Positions 27,237-36,510 of a DNA stretch of 64,000 nucleotides are shown here, one piece after another; the stretch's first letter is position 1, and every line of letters begins with the position of its first letter. The translations under genes were made by a program, and so were the position numbers. The stretch covers positions 2,240,001 through 2,304,000 of the forward strand of contig OY820591.1 of NCBI GenBank assembly GCA_963555985.3, read 5' to 3'. This stretch comes from Dehalococcoidia bacterium (GTDB lineage: Bacteria > Chloroflexota > Dehalococcoidia > Bin125). The notes under the pieces are model-generated. The model was not told the origin of the DNA. It did no database searches and was given only the letters and a program-made list of their open reading frames with translations.

Positions 27237-28028
27237 CTAGCCCATGCTCCGGGGCCAGGGTTCACCGAGGGGTCGGGTGTCGATGGTGATGACGTCGATG
27301 GTGGTGACGGCTAAGGGGTCGTCGGGGCGAGGGCGATTTCGGGGCGGGTAGGGGCGTTGGGGGCGGGATTTCGTTGGCTTACGTGCGGAATCGCCGCCGG
27401 GGACTGGGTTTTCGTCGATTTGGCGTCCAGATTTGTCCAGATTTGTCCGGATTGATCCAGACTCGTCCAGATTTGGTGAGGATTGTTCCGGCTCAGGCGC
27501 GCTGGGAGCAGGTTCGTCCGAGTGGTCGAGATATTTTTTGTGGAAGTCGCTCATGCAGCGGGGGCAGCTCAGGGTGCAATCGCCTTTGCCGGGGCCGCGG
27601 ATGTAGCGGCGGTGGCCATCGGCATGATCGCGGGTTTCCCGCTCGCGCTCGCGGGCACGAGCCTCGGCCTCTGCGTTGAGGGCGGCGAGGGCCTGTTCGC
27701 GTTGTTGCTGATCGTGTGCTTGGATGGCGGGCAGGCTCTGGAGGAGGAGGCGCAGTTCGCGGGTGGCGGCGACGGTCTGCCGGTGCTGGTCGGCTGCGGT
27801 ATCGGCCTGGGTGAGGCGGTGGACCTGGTCGGCGAGGCGGTCGGCGGCGACGGACTGGAGGATGTGTGCGCGGTGGAGTTGGAAGTCGCGGAGGTAGGCG
27901 TAGACGGTCGAGCGGGCACAGCGGAGCCGTTGGGCGACCTGTTCGGGGGAGAAGCCCTGGCAGTCGAGGTGGTGGGCTTCGAGGATGCGTCGGCAGCGTC
28001 TGGGTGTGGGCGGGTTGGATGCGGGCAT
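27237..28028 (-). CDS. HTH-domain protein with CxxxCxxC motif and repeat-encoded tail
   Basis: ATG at 28028 after GAGGAG; QGFSPEQVAQRLRCARSTVYAYL (HTH), helical middle, CTLSCPRC. Confidence 0.75.
   Translation of the reverse strand: MPASNPPTPRRCRRILEAHHLDCQGFSPEQVAQRLRCARSTVYAYLRDFQLHRAHILQSVAADRLADQVHRLTQADTAADQHRQTVAATRELRLLLQSLPAIQAHDQQQREQALAALNAEAEARARERERETRDHADGHRRYIRGPGKGDCTLSCPRCMSDFHKKYLDHSDEPAPSAPEPEQSSPNLDESGSIRTNLDKSGRQIDENPVPGGDSARKPTKSRPQRPYPPRNRPRPDDPLAVTTIDVITIDTRPLGEPWPRSMG
27425..27474. repeat. Five 10-bp tandem repeats (GTCCAGATTT) within HTH gene 3' end
   Basis: gtccagattt gtccagattt gtccggattg atccagactc gtccagattt. Confidence 0.9.
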
Positions 28029-28052
28029 GGTTGGCTCTCCTCGGTCGGTTAG

Positions 28053-28094
28053 GTACGAACGTTCTATTCTAGGATGATGGGCGGGGGAAGTCAA
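28053..28094 (-). promoter_or_regulatory. Sigma70 promoter with adjacent LexA-type box
   Basis: TTGACT (28094-28089)-N17-TAGAAT (28071-28066), then GAAC-gttc-GTAC (28064-28053). Confidence 0.75.
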
Positions 28095-28277
28095 GTCGGG
28101 GTTGGGGAGGGAGGCGCTCTCCCTCGAGCGACCTGCGCAGCACTGCTGCTCTTGCCGCAGGAGAATTGTGGCGATGCGGCTCTTGGGGTACGGCCAGATG
28201 TAGAGGCGGCTTCGGACTTGGTTGCTTCGAGATTCCCGCCTGCGGAGGGCTTGGCACAATCCCCGATCTGAGCATCT

Positions 28278-28395
28278 CGTCATTCTTGCGAACGCGAGAA
28301 TCTACATCCCACTCGATACACCGTATGGATTCCCGCCTGCGCGGGAATGACGGAAACGGGAGTTTTGCAGAGGTCTCCCTGCGCGGGAATGACGG
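28278..28395. repeat. REP-like palindromes (CGTCATT..; ATTCCCGC..GCGGGAATGACGG)
   Basis: cgtcattcttgcgaacgcgagaatc and gattcccgcctgcgcgggaatgacgg plus partial second copy. Confidence 0.75.
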
Positions 28396-28526
28396 CAATG
28401 GATGTTTCGCACTGGTCTCCTCGGGGAGAGGGGATCGGAGGGAGGGGAACGGGCGGGGTTGGTTTGACTAGCATTGCGGCGTATGGGTTCGGGCCTGAAT
28501 GGGCCGGACTCGAGTCGGGGCGCGCC

Positions 28527-29459
28527 GTGCAGTTCTGGAACTTCCTCGCCGTTCGCCTGCTCCAGGCGGTCGTGGTCGTGTTCGTCGTGGTGACGATCGT
28601 TTTCTTCGTCGCGCGGCTGGTGGGCAATCCGGAGTCGTTCCTGTTGCCGTATGAGGCGACCGACGCGGAGATTGAGACGATCCGCGATCGTTTGGGCCTG
28701 AACGACACGCTGATCGTGCAGTACGGCGACTTCCTCTGGGACCTGGTGAACCTGGACTTCGGGACGTCGTACCGCGGCGCGGGCACATCGACGATTGCCG
28801 CGATCGGCGAACGCGCGGTGAACACGCTGAAGTTGACGGTCGCGGGGATGGTCTTCGCGGTCGGCCTGTCGATCCCGCTGGGGATTGCGGCGGCGCTGCG
28901 GCGGGGCAAGGCGACGGACTGGGTGGCCCGCTTCCTGGCCGTGTTCGGGCAGGCAACGCCCAGCTTTTGGCTGGGGCTGATGGTGATCTTCTTCTTCGCG
29001 GTGGAACTGAGATGGTTCCCGACCGGCGGGGCCGAGGGGTTCAAGTCGCTGATTCTGCCGGCGGTCTCGCTGGGGCTGCTGGAGATGGCGGCGATCATGC
29101 GTCTGACCCGCTCGGGGATGATCGACGTGATGGGGTCCGACTTCATTACGACGGCGCGGGCGAAGGGACTGCGAGAGCGCACCGTGATTATGCGGCACGC
29201 GCTGCGCCATGCGCTGTTGCCGGTGGTGACGATTCTCGGTCTCGGGCTGGGGCGGCTGATCGCAGGGGCGGTGATCATCGAGGTGGTGTTCGCCTGGCCG
29301 GGGATCGGGCGGCTGATCGTCGATTCGATCGTGCAGTCGGACTACCCGATGGTGCAGACGGCGATCATCGTGCTGGCGGCCTCGATCGCGCTGGCGAACG
29401 CGCTGGTGGACGTGTCGTACCGGCTGATTGATCCGCGGATCCGGGCGGGAGCGCTCTGA
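28527..29459 (+). CDS. ABC transporter permease (DppB-like)
   Basis: Start moved to GTG at 28527; DFITTARAKGL..RHALRHA; ends IDPRIR. Confidence 0.92.
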   Translation: MQFWNFLAVRLLQAVVVVFVVVTIVFFVARLVGNPESFLLPYEATDAEIETIRDRLGLNDTLIVQYGDFLWDLVNLDFGTSYRGAGTSTIAAIGERAVNTLKLTVAGMVFAVGLSIPLGIAAALRRGKATDWVARFLAVFGQATPSFWLGLMVIFFFAVELRWFPTGGAEGFKSLILPAVSLGLLEMAAIMRLTRSGMIDVMGSDFITTARAKGLRERTVIMRHALRHALLPVVTILGLGLGRLIAGAVIIEVVFAWPGIGRLIVDSIVQSDYPMVQTAIIVLAASIALANALVDVSYRLIDPRIRAGAL

Positions 29460-30352
29460 TGGCCGAACGCGCGGCCCCACAGATCGAAGTTGAGTTCTCC
29501 GCGCCGCGCGGCCCAATCCACTGGCGGCGTTGGCTGGGCCTATCGGCGCCGCTGGGGATTGCGCTGGTCTTCGTCTTGGCGGGCGCGTTGGCGGATGTGC
29601 TCGCGCCGCACGATCCGAGCTTCGTCAATCTTGGCGCGCGCCTGGAGCCGCCGGTGTTCGACGGCGGCACCTGGGATCACCCGCTGGGGACGGACGATGT
29701 GGGCCGCGACATCCTGAGCCGGCTGATGCACGGGGCGCGGCTCTCGCTGATCGTGGTGGGGATCGTGGTTCCGGGCGCGGCGGCGTTCGGGACGCTGGTG
29801 GGGATGACGTCGGGCTGGATTGGGGGCATGACGGGCCAGATCCTGATGCGGGTCGTGGATGTGCAGCTCGCGCTGCCGGGGATTCTCTTCGCGCTGCTGC
29901 TGGGCAGCATCTTCGGGCCGAGCCTGCGCAACGTGATCATCATCCTGCTGATCTGGACATGGTCGGGTTACGCGCGGCTGGTTCGGGCGGAGGTGCTGTC
30001 GTTGCGCGAGCGCGATTTCACGACGGCGTCGCGGGCGCTGGGGGCGGGCGGCTGGTGGATCATGCGCAAGCACCTGTTTCCCAATGTCGTGAACACGATC
30101 GTGATCATCATGACGCTGGAGGTCGCGATCGTGATCCAGGTGGAGGCGGCGTTGAGCTTCCTGGGGGTGGGCGTGCCTGCCGGGACGGCTTCGTGGGGGC
30201 GGATGATCACGGAGGGGCGCGAGGTGATGATCGTGGCGTGGTGGCCGATCTGGCTGCCCGGGTTGGCGCTGTTGATTATCTCGCTGACGGGGAATCTGAT
30301 GGGCGATTGGCTGCGGGATCGGCTGGATCCGCGGCTTCGGCATCTGCACTGA
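29459..30352 (+). CDS. ABC transporter permease (DppC-like)
   Basis: HPLGTDDVGRDILSRL, NLMGDWLRDRLDPR. Confidence 0.93.
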   Translation: MAERAAPQIEVEFSAPRGPIHWRRWLGLSAPLGIALVFVLAGALADVLAPHDPSFVNLGARLEPPVFDGGTWDHPLGTDDVGRDILSRLMHGARLSLIVVGIVVPGAAAFGTLVGMTSGWIGGMTGQILMRVVDVQLALPGILFALLLGSIFGPSLRNVIIILLIWTWSGYARLVRAEVLSLRERDFTTASRALGAGGWWIMRKHLFPNVVNTIVIIMTLEVAIVIQVEAALSFLGVGVPAGTASWGRMITEGREVMIVAWWPIWLPGLALLIISLTGNLMGDWLRDRLDPRLRHLH

Positions 30353-30373
30353 CGGCGCGTTGATTGCGGCGGC

Positions 30374-30471
30374 GGGGACCCCCCTCTGTCCCTGCGGGAC
30401 ATCTCCCCCCGCAATGCGGGGGGAGAGGGGAAGAGAAGGGAACGGGTCCCCGCGTAAAGCGGGGACTGGGA
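30374..30471. repeat. REP-like hairpin cluster / possible terminator
   Basis: ggggacccccctctgtc..gacatctccccccgc..gcgggggagag as at 23373-23425, plus gtccccgc-gtaaa-gcggggac. Confidence 0.75.
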
Positions 30472-30487
30472 AACTGATCCCTATGCT

Positions 30488-31726
30488 GTGAGCACTATGT
30501 CAGACGACTTGCCGCTTCCGCTTGATGGGATCCGGGTGACTGATTTTTCGTGGATCGTTGCGGGTCCGCAGGCGACTCGGATTCTGGCGGATCTTGGGGC
30601 CGATGTCGTCAAGGTCGAGAACGAGTCCTATCTGGACTCGATGCGGATTGGTCTGCGGCAGGATCCGAACAATCCATCGCTGAACCGGTCGGGGTTTCAC
30701 TCGAATCTGAGCCGCAACAAGCGGGGGATTACGGCGAACCTGTTTCATCCGAAGGGCCGGGAAGCGGTCGAGCGTTTGCTGGCCGTGTCGGATGTGGTGA
30801 TCGAGAACTACAGCGCCGGGGCGTTTGCTCGGATGGGCTTCTCTTGGGAGCGGTTGCAAGAGATCAATCCGTCGTTGATTTACGTCTCGGTCTCCGGTTT
30901 CGGTCATGTTGGTAGGGACTCTTCTTATACGACGTGGGGACCTAGCGCTCAGGCCGTGTCCGGGGCGACCGCGATGTCCGGGCTTCCGGATCAGCCGCCT
31001 GCCGGTTGGGGCTTCTCTTATCTGGACCACAGCGCCGGTTACTACGCCGCGATTGCCGCGCTGATGGCGCTCCATCATCGGGCGCGGACGGGTGAGGCGC
31101 AGCATGTCGATATGTCCCAGATCGAATGCGGGATGGTCGTGAGCGCGGTGCCGATGCTCGACTATCAGGTCAATGGGCGCAGTTACGAGCGGATTGGGAA
31201 TCGCTCCCGCTATCCCGCCACGGCTCCTCACAACACTTATCCCTGCGCCGGTGATGATCGCTGGATCGCGATCGCGGTCGACGATGAAGCGCAGTGGGCA
31301 GGGCTTTGCGCGGTGCTGGGCCTCGATGCTCTTTGCGACGATTCCCGCTTCGCGGATATGGCCGCCCGCAAGGATCACGAGGACGCGCTCGACGAGGCGA
31401 TCACTGCTGTCACCTGTGAGCGCGATCCCTTCGAGCTGATGATCCAGCTCCAGGAGCGGGGCGTCCCCGCCGGAGTTTGCCAGCGGACGGACGACAAGCA
31501 GGAGCGCGATCCGCAGCTCGCCGAGCGCGGCTTCTACCCCACGGCTCCGCACGAGGAGCTCGGCGAGCACCGCTATGAGGGTTTGCCGATGCAGTTCTCC
31601 CAGGCCCGCTGGCGCATGGATCGGGGCGCGCCGCTGCTCGGCGAGCACAACCTTGCTGTTCTGAGCGAGTTGCTCGGCTATGACGACGAGGAAGTTGCCG
31701 CGATGATTGCGGAGCTCGCGATCTGA
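30488..31726 (+). CDS. Family III CoA-transferase (CaiB/BaiF), catalytic-type subunit
   Basis: PLDGIRVTDFS, LADLGADVVKVE, RNKR, VSGFG, SYLD (catalytic Asp position), APLLGEHN. Confidence 0.93.
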   Translation: MSTMSDDLPLPLDGIRVTDFSWIVAGPQATRILADLGADVVKVENESYLDSMRIGLRQDPNNPSLNRSGFHSNLSRNKRGITANLFHPKGREAVERLLAVSDVVIENYSAGAFARMGFSWERLQEINPSLIYVSVSGFGHVGRDSSYTTWGPSAQAVSGATAMSGLPDQPPAGWGFSYLDHSAGYYAAIAALMALHHRARTGEAQHVDMSQIECGMVVSAVPMLDYQVNGRSYERIGNRSRYPATAPHNTYPCAGDDRWIAIAVDDEAQWAGLCAVLGLDALCDDSRFADMAARKDHEDALDEAITAVTCERDPFELMIQLQERGVPAGVCQRTDDKQERDPQLAERGFYPTAPHEELGEHRYEGLPMQFSQARWRMDRGAPLLGEHNLAVLSELLGYDDEEVAAMIAELAI

Positions 31727-33009
31727 TGACTAGCTCGGACAATGCCTCCAGTGACTCGCTACCCGGACCACTTGAAGGTCTGCGGGTGATTGAGATTGGC
31801 GACCTCGGTGAGGTTGCGGGCAAACTGCTTGCGGACGCCGGCGCGGACGTGATTCGGGTTGAGCCTCCGGGCGGGGGTCGGAGCCGTCATGTGGGGCCGT
31901 TCGTCAATGACGATCCGGGTCAGGCGTCTTTGCTTCATGCCAGCCGGAACACGAGCAAGCGCGCCGTGACGCTCGATGTCGGCCAGCCTGCCGGCCTTGA
32001 GATCTGGCAGCGGCTGGTTGGGCTGGTTGATGTCGTGATTGACGCTGCCGGTCAGACCTTGCTCGACGATCTTGGCGGCGGCTGGGAGTGGGCTGAAGCG
32101 CAGGCGGAGCTGCGCGATTGCGTCTGGTGCAGCATTACTCCGTTCGGGCGCAGCGGTCCTCGGCGGGATTGGGCGGCGAACGACCTGGTCCAGCTTGCGC
32201 TGGGCGGGCCGATGATGAGCAACGGCTACGACGATCACAGCCTTCCGCCGATCCGGCCCGAGGGCGAGCACAGCATTGCGATCAGTAACGAGTACGCGGT
32301 TGCCGGCCTGCTCGCTGCGCTCTGGATGCGGTATGCCGGGTACCCAGGCCAGTTGGTTGATGTGTCTATCCATGAGGCGGTCTCTGCGACGACTGAGGGG
32401 GCGTTTCCCAACTGGGAGTACTTTGGTCGCCTCGTTCAGCGCCAGACCGGGCGTCACGCTTCTCCCGACCCTTCTGCTCCATGGCAATTCCTCGCTGCGG
32501 ACGGTGAGTATGTCTGTCTGATCAACGGCGGCCTGCCTCGCGGCGGGGCCGCTTGGGAGGGGTTGCTCGACTGGATGGACGAGCATGACGCGGCAGGCGA
32601 CCTGCGCGATGCCCAATATCAGGAGCTGCTGTTCAGTGATCCTCGGGCGAACCCGCAAGGTCGTCGGCATGTCGCCGATACGATTGGCGACTTCGTCCAG
32701 AGCCTGCACGCTGAAGAGGTGTACCGCCGCAGCCAGTCATTGCACTTTGCCTGGGGGATCGTGCGCCGGCCTGAGGAGAATCTGGATGATCCTCACTGGG
32801 CTGATCGGGGGTTCTTCTGGGAGGGCGAACTGCCTGGGGGTGAGCGCACTGTTCGCTATCCCGGGGCTCCGTATCGGTTTACTCGGTCTCCGGTTCGGCT
32901 TCGTCGGCGGCCTCCTCTGCTCGGGGAGCACAACTATGAGGTGTATGTCAGGGAGTTGGGATTGACGTCGGGGGAGTTGCGGGGTTTGCTTGAGTCTGGG
33001 GTTGTCTAG
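31726..33009 (+). CDS. Family III CoA-transferase (CaiB/BaiF), second subunit
   Basis: PLEGLRVIE, LADAGADVIRVEPP, SITPFG, PPLLGEHN. Confidence 0.9.
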   Translation: MTSSDNASSDSLPGPLEGLRVIEIGDLGEVAGKLLADAGADVIRVEPPGGGRSRHVGPFVNDDPGQASLLHASRNTSKRAVTLDVGQPAGLEIWQRLVGLVDVVIDAAGQTLLDDLGGGWEWAEAQAELRDCVWCSITPFGRSGPRRDWAANDLVQLALGGPMMSNGYDDHSLPPIRPEGEHSIAISNEYAVAGLLAALWMRYAGYPGQLVDVSIHEAVSATTEGAFPNWEYFGRLVQRQTGRHASPDPSAPWQFLAADGEYVCLINGGLPRGGAAWEGLLDWMDEHDAAGDLRDAQYQELLFSDPRANPQGRRHVADTIGDFVQSLHAEEVYRRSQSLHFAWGIVRRPEENLDDPHWADRGFFWEGELPGGERTVRYPGAPYRFTRSPVRLRRRPPLLGEHNYEVYVRELGLTSGELRGLLESGVV

Positions 33010-33039
33010 GGGTTGTTGGGAGTGAGTGCATAGGGCCCC

Positions 33040-34131
33040 TCACCCTCTCCCAGAGGGAGAGGGGACCGGAGGGAGCCTCGGTAGCTCGCAGGAGAAGTCG
33101 AAGTCGATGGGGGCGTGGACTGGGTGGGTTGAACCGGCGAGGCCTCCGCTGAAGACGGCGGAGTACATGCCGCCGCCGCCGGCGACGATGAGGACGAGGT
33201 CTTCAGGACCTCGCAATGCGGGTAGGTGGGCGTCGTCGTCGCGGAAGGCTCGCTTTGTGGCCCAGCCCCGCATGACTGAGTTGGGGGTCACGGCCAGCTT
33301 CACGAGGCGCTCAATGACATCCTCGCGGCTGAGTCCGGCGGCGGCGAGGACTCCGGCGTGGACGGGGTTGAGCGCGACGAGCACGGGGCCGCAGCCGATC
33401 TGGGTGTTGTTGGCGCCGGCAATGGCGATCGATCCGGCGACGACGCGGAGGATGCGTTCGTGGGCTTCGGGATCGTCGTCGTCGGTTTGCATCATCACGG
33501 AGTGGGGTGCGTCGACGCCGACGAGCGTGAGCGCGGACTGGTCGGCGTCGTAGCCGAAGGCGGTGTGGAGCGGCGGGAAGGGGCTGCCTTCCTCATCCTC
33601 GGCGAGGCAGCAGGTGAACTTGCCGGGCTGACCGAGGGCGGCCATGTCGCCGTGTCCGGGGCGTGCGCCGCCGATGTTCATCAGGCAGAGGCGCAGGGCG
33701 CGGCCGATGCTGGCGTTGGCGCGATGGCCCGGGCCGAGGGCGCCCCAGCCGGAGGCGATCGGGCCGCAGACCTCCCGCGCCGGTCCGTTGACGATGATCA
33801 CCGGTCCCAGGCCGTGGGTCGTCGACTGCATGTTGTCGATGTCGAACTCGGGATTGGTGACTGCCCTTACGGCGGCCAGGACGACGGGGAAGTGCTCCGG
33901 GCGGCAACCGGCCATGACGGCGTTGATCGCGATTTTCTCGACGGTCGCCTGGCCGGGGCCGATCTCGCCGACAATGATGTCGGGGTCGAGTTCCACACCG
34001 GCGAGCAAGGCTTCGACCCGCTCTTCGGTGGGGATGACGACCGGCAGGCCGTCGGTCCACTCGCGCATGTGGAAGAGTTCGAGCGCCGTCGCCTCGTCGG
34101 AGGCCTGGTGGCGCGTGGCGACCAGGGTCAT
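33040..34131 (-). CDS. Conserved uncharacterised protein accompanying UGSC-family proteins
   Basis: Start ATG 34131 (ATGA overlap); WTDGLPVVIPTEERV, TVEKIAINAVMAGCRPE, RANASIGRALRL. Confidence 0.8.
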   Translation of the reverse strand: MTLVATRHQASDEATALELFHMREWTDGLPVVIPTEERVEALLAGVELDPDIIVGEIGPGQATVEKIAINAVMAGCRPEHFPVVLAAVRAVTNPEFDIDNMQSTTHGLGPVIIVNGPAREVCGPIASGWGALGPGHRANASIGRALRLCLMNIGGARPGHGDMAALGQPGKFTCCLAEDEEGSPFPPLHTAFGYDADQSALTLVGVDAPHSVMMQTDDDDPEAHERILRVVAGSIAIAGANNTQIGCGPVLVALNPVHAGVLAAAGLSREDVIERLVKLAVTPNSVMRGWATKRAFRDDDAHLPALRGPEDLVLIVAGGGGMYSAVFSGGLAGSTHPVHAPIDFDFSCELPRLPPVPSPSGRG

Positions 34132-34658
34132 CGGGCGCGCCCCTCGAGCAGGTCGATGATGCCGGGCGCGGCCTCGCGGGCGACGCGGGCGAGGTTCTCG
34201 TCGCCAGTGCCTGAGCAAGGGTGAGGCAGGACGTAGCGGGGCACGGCGGGCATGCCGACGGCCTGGGCGGTGAAGGCAGCCAGTTCGACGAACACCTCCG
34301 TCACGATGGCGACGGATGGGAGGCCGGCCTTGGCGAAGATCGCTCCGTCACGCACGGTGCCGGAGGTGCAGCCGCCTCAATGTCCCCAGGCAGCGAGCAC
34401 CACGTCGCACTCTTCAACGATGACGGAAACCTGTTCGTCGGTCACGGCGGCGACGTTGGGCTTTTGGTAGTGGCGGAAGGTGGCCTGCGGCATTGCGGCC
34501 GCGAGTTCCGTCTCCAACTTGTGCATGAAGCGGGTGCCGTCGGGGAAGGCGTTCGAGACCAGGCCGACCGTCAGCGGGCCGCTGGTGTCTGCGAAGAGCT
34601 CGTAGGGCTCAATGGCGATGCCGCCCTCGGCGGTGGGATCGAGGAATGTGACGGGCAT
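34128..34658 (-). CDS. UGSC-family selenoprotein (Sec at TGA 34377-34379)
   Basis: Two track ORFs are one frame: ..AAWGH-TGA-GGCTSGTVRD..; hairpin 34343-34365 downstream. Confidence 0.85.
34343..34365 (-). promoter_or_regulatory. Putative SECIS element
   Basis: CTCCG-g-CAC-cgtgc-GTG-a-CGGAG stem-loop starting 11 nt after the UGA. Confidence 0.6.
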
Positions 34659-34678
34659 GGCAGCCTCCTCAGAGGACA

Positions 34679-35164
34679 CTAGGGGATTTCCGTTGGGCAT
34701 TCGCGGTGGATGCCGAGCACTGCGAGCTGGCGGCCGCCGCCCACGAAGCAGGCGACGCAGGTGGAGAGGTCGAGGATCTCGTCGTCAGAGAACAGGGCGC
34801 GCAGGCCGACCCAGTAGTCGTCGTCCATCGAGGAGTGGTCGTAGCAGAAGCGCTCGGCGAAGTCGATCGCGGCGCGTTCTCGATCCGTGTAGAGCGGGCT
34901 CTCGCGGTAGTTCGAGACCTGCTGGTACACCTCTTCGGTCAGGCCGTTCTGCATCGCCGATGCAGAGCGGGTGTCCAGTCAAACCGAGCACTGATTGATC
35001 TCGGCGATCCTCATGCGCACGACTTCCCGTTCTCGAACGGGCAACTGGCTGTGCTCCATCACGGCTCGGGAGAGCGCGCTCATTGCGGCCCCCAGTTCGG
35101 GTCGGGGCTGGAAGAGGCGAGTGCTTTCTTCGCCTTCACCCGGGGCGATGTCAATCCGTGCCAT
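34679..35164 (-). CDS. AhpD/carboxymuconolactone decarboxylase-like selenoprotein (CSVU, TGA 34979-34981)
   Basis: REVVRMRIAEINQCSV-TGA-LDTRS continues in frame to SPLYTDRERAAIDFAE..FSDDEILDL. Confidence 0.85.
34948..34966 (-). promoter_or_regulatory. Putative SECIS element
   Basis: TCTGCATC-ggc-GATGCAGA perfect 8-bp stem starting 12 nt after the UGA. Confidence 0.65.
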
Positions 35165-35257
35165 GTCTTGCTCCCTCTATTGCAACGATATTACCGTCGG
35201 CGACTTGGCCTCACAACGCTCCGTCTTTCGTCATGCAATTTGGAGGGACGTCCTTCT

Positions 35258-35411
35258 GGAGAGTTGTGCGTAAATCGATCTCTCCGTCATTGCCGCGCTC
35301 CGTCGCGGCAATCTCGCCGCGCGGGCGACGATGGTGCAGAGAACGGCGAGATACCCGCGGCAAGCGCGGGTATGACGGAACTCTAGGATCCAGGTTTACG
35401 TACAGGTCTCC
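35258..35411. mobile_element. MITE-like element carrying a REP doublet
   Basis: Outer ggagagttgtgcgtaaa / tttacgtacaggtctcc; inner tccgtcattgccgcg..gggtatgacgga. Confidence 0.6.
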
Positions 35412-35585
35412 TCGGGGGTGCCGCAGGCGGAGGGGGCAGGGAGCATCGCTGTTGCGGCACGACTGTATCTGGTCGGGATCGGGGACCCCCTCTGTCTCTT
35501 CGCGGGTATGACCCCGTATCAGGTACGAGGCAGGCGTGGACGCGGGGCTTGACCTCCAATGCGCTCCAGGGAGTGTGTACGGGCT

Positions 35586-36368
35586 CTAACGTGCGCGAGT
35601 GCCGCCGTCGACGTTGTAGATGCCGCCGGTGATGTAGGAGGCGTCGTCGCTGGCGAGGAAGGCCACCATTGCGGCGATCTCCTCGGCTTCGCCGTAGCGT
35701 CCCATGGGCGTTGAGGCGGCGAGGTTGCGGTGTACGGCTTCCGGGTCATCCGGGTTGACGCCGCGCTCCATGGCGCGCATCATGCGCGTCTCGATGGGAC
35801 CGGGACAGATGGCGTTGACGCGGATGCCGTCGTCGACCAGGGCAATGGCGGCGGACTTGGTCAAGCCCACGACGGCGCTCTTGCTGGCCCCGTATGCCGC
35901 TGCCGCCGCGGTGGCCTGAAGCCCCGCAACCGAGGCCGTGTTGATGATCGCGCCCCCGCCCGCTTGCTGCATCGCACGTCCTACAGCCTGCAAGCCTAGG
36001 AAGACGCCCTTGACGTTGACGGCGAAGACTCGATCGAATTCGTCTTCCGGGTAATCCAGCAGCGATCCGACCCAGCCCTCGATTCCTGCGTTGTTGAAGA
36101 ACACATCGATCTGCCCGAATTGGTCGAGCGCCGCCTGGACATAGCCGTTGACCTCGCCGGCGACGGTGACATCGGCTGGATAGGTCGCGATCTGGCCGCC
36201 GGCGCGGTGTACCGTTGCCACCGTTTCGTCCAGGTCGGAGTTGGGCAAATCAACGGCCAGGATGCGGGCGCCTTCGGAGGCGAAACGGACGGCGGTCGCC
36301 CGGCCGATGCCTCCGGCGGCTCCGGTGATCACGACGACCTTGCCTTCGAATCGGTCTGGCATTGGCAA
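35586..36368 (-). CDS. Short-chain dehydrogenase/reductase
   Basis: TGAAGGIG, NNAG, YGASK, NAICPG, VDGG. Confidence 0.95.
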   Translation of the reverse strand: MPMPDRFEGKVVVITGAAGGIGRATAVRFASEGARILAVDLPNSDLDETVATVHRAGGQIATYPADVTVAGEVNGYVQAALDQFGQIDVFFNNAGIEGWVGSLLDYPEDEFDRVFAVNVKGVFLGLQAVGRAMQQAGGGAIINTASVAGLQATAAAAAYGASKSAVVGLTKSAAIALVDDGIRVNAICPGPIETRMMRAMERGVNPDDPEAVHRNLAASTPMGRYGEAEEIAAMVAFLASDDASYITGGIYNVDGGTRAR

Positions 36369-36510
36369 TCCTCGGTCTTCGTTCAGGTTGCGGCGCGCCT
36401 ACCAGCGGCCGCCGGGGTCAGTGTAAGAAGAACTGATCGTGAGATTGATCGCTGGACCGCGCTCTAGACTGCGCACTCCGGACGCGCTGCGGCTGGAGAG
36501 ATGCAGGCGG

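Noticed and set aside
33035-33065. Functional C-terminal PSPSGRG motif
   Set aside because: Encoded by a REP-like hairpin also seen at 51720-51740; incidental overlap with the gene end
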